From Malacoraja senta (Eukaryota), in assembly GCA_038087875.1 (NCBI GenBank), contig CM075987.1, positions 25,608,001 through 25,672,000 of the forward strand: DNA of 64,000 nt. The letters run 5' to 3'. A program made the translations under genes and the position numbers. The notes below the pieces were generated by a model, which was given only the letters and a program-made list of their open reading frames with translations, was not told the DNA's origin and searched no databases. Below, piece by piece: positions 59,889 to 64,000 of this stretch. Each line of letters starts with the position of its first letter. Within the stretch, counting starts at the first letter, position 1.

Positions 59889-61182
59889 TCAAGTCAAGTC
59901 AAGTGAGTTTATTGTCACGTGTCCCTGGTAGGACAATGAAATTCTTGCTTTGCTTCAGCACAACAGAACATAGTAGGCATTTACTACAAGGCATTCTATA
60001 AATATATACACAATGGTCAATATACTGATAAAGTGCAAATAACAGTATTGGCTAGTAAAGTTCAGTGTTATGTCCGAGCCAGGTTTAATAGCCTGATGGC
60101 TGTGGGGAAGTAGCTGTTCCTGAACCTGGTCGTTGCAGTCTTCAGGCTCCTGTACCTTCTACCTGAAGGTAGTAGGGAGATGAGTGTGTGGCCAGGATGG
60201 TGTGGGTCCTTGATGATACTGCCAGCCTTTTTGAGGCAGCGACTGTGGTAGATCCCCTCGATGGAAGGGAGGTCAGAGCCGATGATGGACTGGGCAGTGT
60301 TTACGACTTTTTGTAGTCTTTTCCTCTCCAGGGCACTCAAGTTGCCGAACCAAGCCACGATGCAACCGGTCAGCATGCTCTCTACTGTGCACCTGTAGAA
60401 GTTAGAGAGAGTCCTCCTTGACAAACCGACTCTCCGTAATCTTCTCAGGAAGTAGAGGCGCTGATGTGCTTTCTTAATAATGGCATCATTGTTCTCGGAC
60501 CAGGAAAGATCTTCAGAGATGTGCACGCCCAGGAATTTGAAGCTCTTGACCCTTTTAACCATCGACCCGTTGATATAAACGGGACTGTGGGTCCCCATCC
60601 TACTCCTTCCAAAGTCCACAATCAGTTCCTTGGTTTTGCTGGTGTTGAGGGCCAAGTTATTGTGCTGGCACCATATGGACAGTCGCTCGATCTCTCTTCT
60701 ATACTCTGACTCATCCCCATCAGTGATACGTCCCACAACAGTGGTGTCATCAGCGAACTTGATGATGGAGTTCGCACTATGTCCGGCTATGCAGTCATGA
60801 GTATAGAGTGAGTACAGCAGGGGGCTGAGCACGCCGCCTTGAGGTGCTCCCTTGCTAATTGTTATCGAGTCTGACACATTTCCACCAATACGAACAGACT
60901 GTGGTCTGAGAGTGAGGAAGTCGAGGATCCAATTGCAGAGGGATGCGCAGAGACCCAGTTCTGCGAGTTTGGTAACCAGCTTGGAGGGGATGATTGTGTT
61001 AAATGCCGAGCTGTAATCGATGAATAACAGCCTGACATATGAGTTTTTGTTGTCCAAGTGGTCCAGAGCGGAGTGGAGGGCCAGCGAGATCGCATCCACC
61101 GTTGATCTGTTGTGGCGGTAAGCGAACTGCAGTGGGTCCAGGTTTTTGTCGAGGTAGGAGTTGATCTGCGTCATGATCAACC
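59889..61182 (-). mobile_element. Young 5'-truncated Rex1-like LINE inserted in a V-SINE
   Basis: Open RT frame, 3' UTR and (ACTTG)n tail; SINE halves at about 59755-59888 and 61185-61360. Confidence 0.92.
60068..61180 (-). CDS. Rex1-clade reverse transcriptase, 370-aa open but 5'-truncated frame (TE-derived, probably not expressed)
   Basis: [49 protein letters not shown] motifs. Confidence 0.85.
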   Translation of the reverse strand: MIMTQINSYLDKNLDPLQFAYRHNRSTVDAISLALHSALDHLDNKNSYVRLLFIDYSSAFNTIIPSKLVTKLAELGLCASLCNWILDFLTLRPQSVRIGGNVSDSITISKGAPQGGVLSPLLYSLYTHDCIAGHSANSIIKFADDTTVVGRITDGDESEYRREIERLSIWCQHNNLALNTSKTKELIVDFGRSRMGTHSPVYINGSMVKRVKSFKFLGVHISEDLSWSENNDAIIKKAHQRLYFLRRLRRVGLSRRTLSNFYRCTVESMLTGCIVAWFGNLSALERKRLQKVVNTAQSIIGSDLPSIEGIYHSRCLKKAGSIIKDPHHPGHTLISLLPSGRRYRSLKTATTRFRNSYFPTAIRLLNLART

Positions 61183-62329
61183 TAGGTATTTACCAACAAA
61201 CCCACGGGTTTTGGGTATGTGGGAGGAAACAGAAGCACCCAGAGAAAAGCCAAACGGGTCACAACGAGAACATGCAAACTCCGTACAGACAGCACCCGTA
61301 GTCATGATCGAACCCGGGTCTCTGGCGCTGTGAGGCAGCAACTCTACCGCTGCGCCACTCTGCTGAAATTCACTGGTGATATTTCCGCTGAATTATATTT
61401 CACAATCTATTGAAGATCATTGCTTTTTAACTGAAGTTCCTAGCAATTCAGTAGATACTTGACGATATACAATTCTTCTTCTGCTCTTGTCCATCTTGTT
61501 ACAAATGTTGACCTCGCGGTCATCGTGCGTCCTGAAAAGGACGTACGTTTCCGACGACAATCAGTGGAAGCCATCACTTGTCGCAATAGATGACGGTGGT
61601 AGCAGAATCAGCTCGGGATACTTCCAGTTTCCAGCCCCGCCACGTGGTCACTTCTGCTGTGGGGACACAATATATCATTGAAATCAAGTAGCAAAACTCT
61701 GCCTTCCTCTCCATCAATCCTCCCTGAAATGTTGAGTGTTTTTGGCATTTAAAAAAACAAAGAGTTCTGCACGTGTACCGAGGTGCAGTGAAAAGCTTTT
61801 GTTGCGTGCCATCCAGTTAGCAGAAAGACAATTCCTGATTACAATCGAGCCATCCACAGTGTACAGATACATGATAAAGGGAAAAATGTGAATAGCATTT
61901 GGTGCAGTTTATTCTTGTGTTACCTTCACAGTTCAATTCTGGCTCTGACGTTTGTACAGAATGCAATCTTCCAATTTCAGAAACAGTGAATAGAAACATT
62001 ACTAATTATTTAACTTGTTCCCCAGTTATCAAGCCCATGGATTTGGTCTCAAGGCAAGAAAACAATCATTTCAAATCTACGGAGAATTGCACCTCACTGT
62101 CGATAACTAATTAAACAATTCTGGAAATTCTAAAATATTGGGAGTGATTATCAAAGTTTGACTTTTTAATACACCGTTCGATAAGTTTAACTGGGGGAAA
62201 AAGCCAATACAGATATTTGCAATAACTTCCAAATGGGAAAACATATTTAAATGCATTCAATAACTTTTCTTATCAACAGAGAAGTAGGATAAGGCAATTG
62301 GGTTACATTATTAAGGAAATTGTGGCACT

Positions 62330-62525
62330 CATTGCCACTGAGGGCTGCGGAGGCCAAGTCTGAATATTTTTAAGGCAAATTCTTGAATAGAACGGGTGTC
62401 AAGGGTTATGAGGAGATGGCAGGAAAATGGGATTAGGAGGCAGAGATCAGCCATGACTGAATGGGGGAGTGGACCCGATGGGTCGAATGGCCTAATTCTA
62501 CTCCGATAACTTGTGAACTTGTGAA
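62330..62525 (+). mobile_element. CR1 LINE 3' end
   Basis: CR1 3' UTR match. Confidence 0.7.
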
Positions 62526-62884
62526 TCTACCCCCACACAAACCTCTCAGTGGCACCCACTGTTGGTAGCTACAAACATTCTGCAAAAGGGGAGATTTTAC
62601 TGAGTTGAATTCACCTGCAAACCCTGCACGTCTTTGAGTGTTGAGGAGTGGACCGGTAGGAGAGGGCCTGGGGTATTATCTCCAGCACCTTAGTTTAGTT
62701 TATTATCACACATAAGTGACTGCGCTACTTTATTAAGGGACTTATCTTTGGATTACCCTTTGGTGCCTCCTCTGGTCATGGTTATGATTGCACACAAACT
62801 ATCCTGACTGGATCTTCTACTGGTAGATGGATGAGATCCAGCAAGGAGTTTGTTTTTGCTCAGTATAATGGCTCAAAGGTTGGT

Positions 62885-63192
62885 CTAGTTTAGAGATACA
62901 GCACAGAAACAGGCCATTCGGCTCACCGAATCCACACCGACCAGTGATCCCTACACATTAATACTATCCCACACCCACTAGGGACAATTTTAGATTCTTA
63001 CCAACCCAATTAGCCTACAGACCTGTACGTCTTTGGAGTGTGGGAGGAAGCCGAAGATCTCAGAGAAAACCCACGCAGGTCACGGGGAGAGAACGTGCAA
63101 ACTCCGCACAGACAGCACCCGTTGCAATAACCAAACTCGGGACCCTGGCGCTGTGAGGCAGTAACTTTGCCTCTGCAATACTGTGCTGCCCT
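62885..63192 (-). mobile_element. HE1-like V-SINE
   Basis: Reverse-complement consensus match. Confidence 0.8.
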
Positions 63193-63562
63193 AAATTTAT
63201 GCAGAGAGAGAGAAAAATATATAGTTGGTAGCTCTGAATTATGCATCATATGCAACACTGGCTGCTGGGGGGAAATGAAATTCAGTAAATAATTCCCATG
63301 AGATTTTATTTGTTGAGAGAAAAGCCAACTGCATAGTGAAAGTTAAAGAACCTGACAGAAACGAGGTGGGAAGGCCATTTATTTAATTCAATTACTTAGT
63401 TCTAACAGTGTGATTCCCAAAATGTCAGTATTAAAGCAATGGAGTCATAGAATCATTGTGTCAACTTGCCCACCCTGACCAACATGCCCCATCTACACTA
63501 CTCCCACCTGCCTGCATTTGGCCCACATCCTTCTAAACCCATCCTGTCCATGTACCTGTCTA

Positions 63563-63660
63563 AGGTACACAAAAATGCTGGAGAAACTCAGCGGGTGCAG
63601 CAGCATCTATGGAGCGAAGGAAATAGGTAACGTTTCGGGCCGAAACCCTTCTTCAGACCT
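63563..63660 (-). mobile_element. Penelope terminal module with intact hammerhead core, inside a CR1 tail
   Basis: Minus strand AGGU-CUGAAGA-A-GGGU(UUCG)GCCC-GAAAC-GUU-ACCU; TGTACCTGTCTAA repeated on both sides. Confidence 0.75.
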
Positions 63661-63744
63661 GTACCTGTACATGTACCTGTCTAAACTGTTTATAAACATT
63701 GTTATAGTCCCTGCCTCAATTACAAGCCTACAATTTAAAATTGT

Positions 63745-64000
63745 GCGACACGGTGGCGCAGCGGTAGAGTTGCTGCCCTACAGCGCTTGCAGCACTGGAG
63801 ACCTGGGTTCGATCCCGACTGCTGGTGCCTGTCTGTACGGAGTTTGTACCTTCTCCCCCGTGACCTGCGTGGGTTTTCTCCGAGATCTTCTGTTTCCTCC
63901 CACACTCCAAAGACATACAGGTTTGTAGGTAAATTGGCTTGGTGTAAGTGTAGATTGTCCCTAGTGTGTGTAGGGGAGTGTTAGTTAATGTGTGGGGATC
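63745..64000 (+). mobile_element. HE1-like V-SINE, runs off the window end
   Basis: A/B boxes and V-domain. Confidence 0.85.

Overview
Eukaryotic DNA, mostly transposon-derived, with no recognisable host gene, RNA gene or CRISPR array. The repeat set points to a cartilaginous fish, probably a skate or ray (inferred from family resemblance): HE1-like V-SINEs, HER1-like CR1 LINE 3' ends, Rex1-like LINEs and Penelope-like elements. Single well-defined insertions: a 781-bp non-autonomous Helitron with TATA/Inr promoter geometry (42940-43720); a 1.4-kb deleted Gypsy element with both LTRs, a 5-bp target-site duplication (TSD) and a 26-nt tRNA-Leu primer-binding site (48955-50356); seven Harbinger-type MITEs; a TcMar MITE; a Vingi-like LINE; an RTE-derived short element; a probable MetaSINE; and a 212-bp AT-rich hairpin. 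The most pervasive structured-RNA signal is a minimal hammerhead ribozyme motif in dozens of short Penelope-derived inserts. Repeat-free AT-rich islands resemble conserved non-coding elements of a gene desert or large intron. Two exon-like segments could not be identified. Nearly all ORFs in the track are TE fragments or spurious. Family names come from recalled motifs, not database searches, and boundaries of degraded fragments are approximate.
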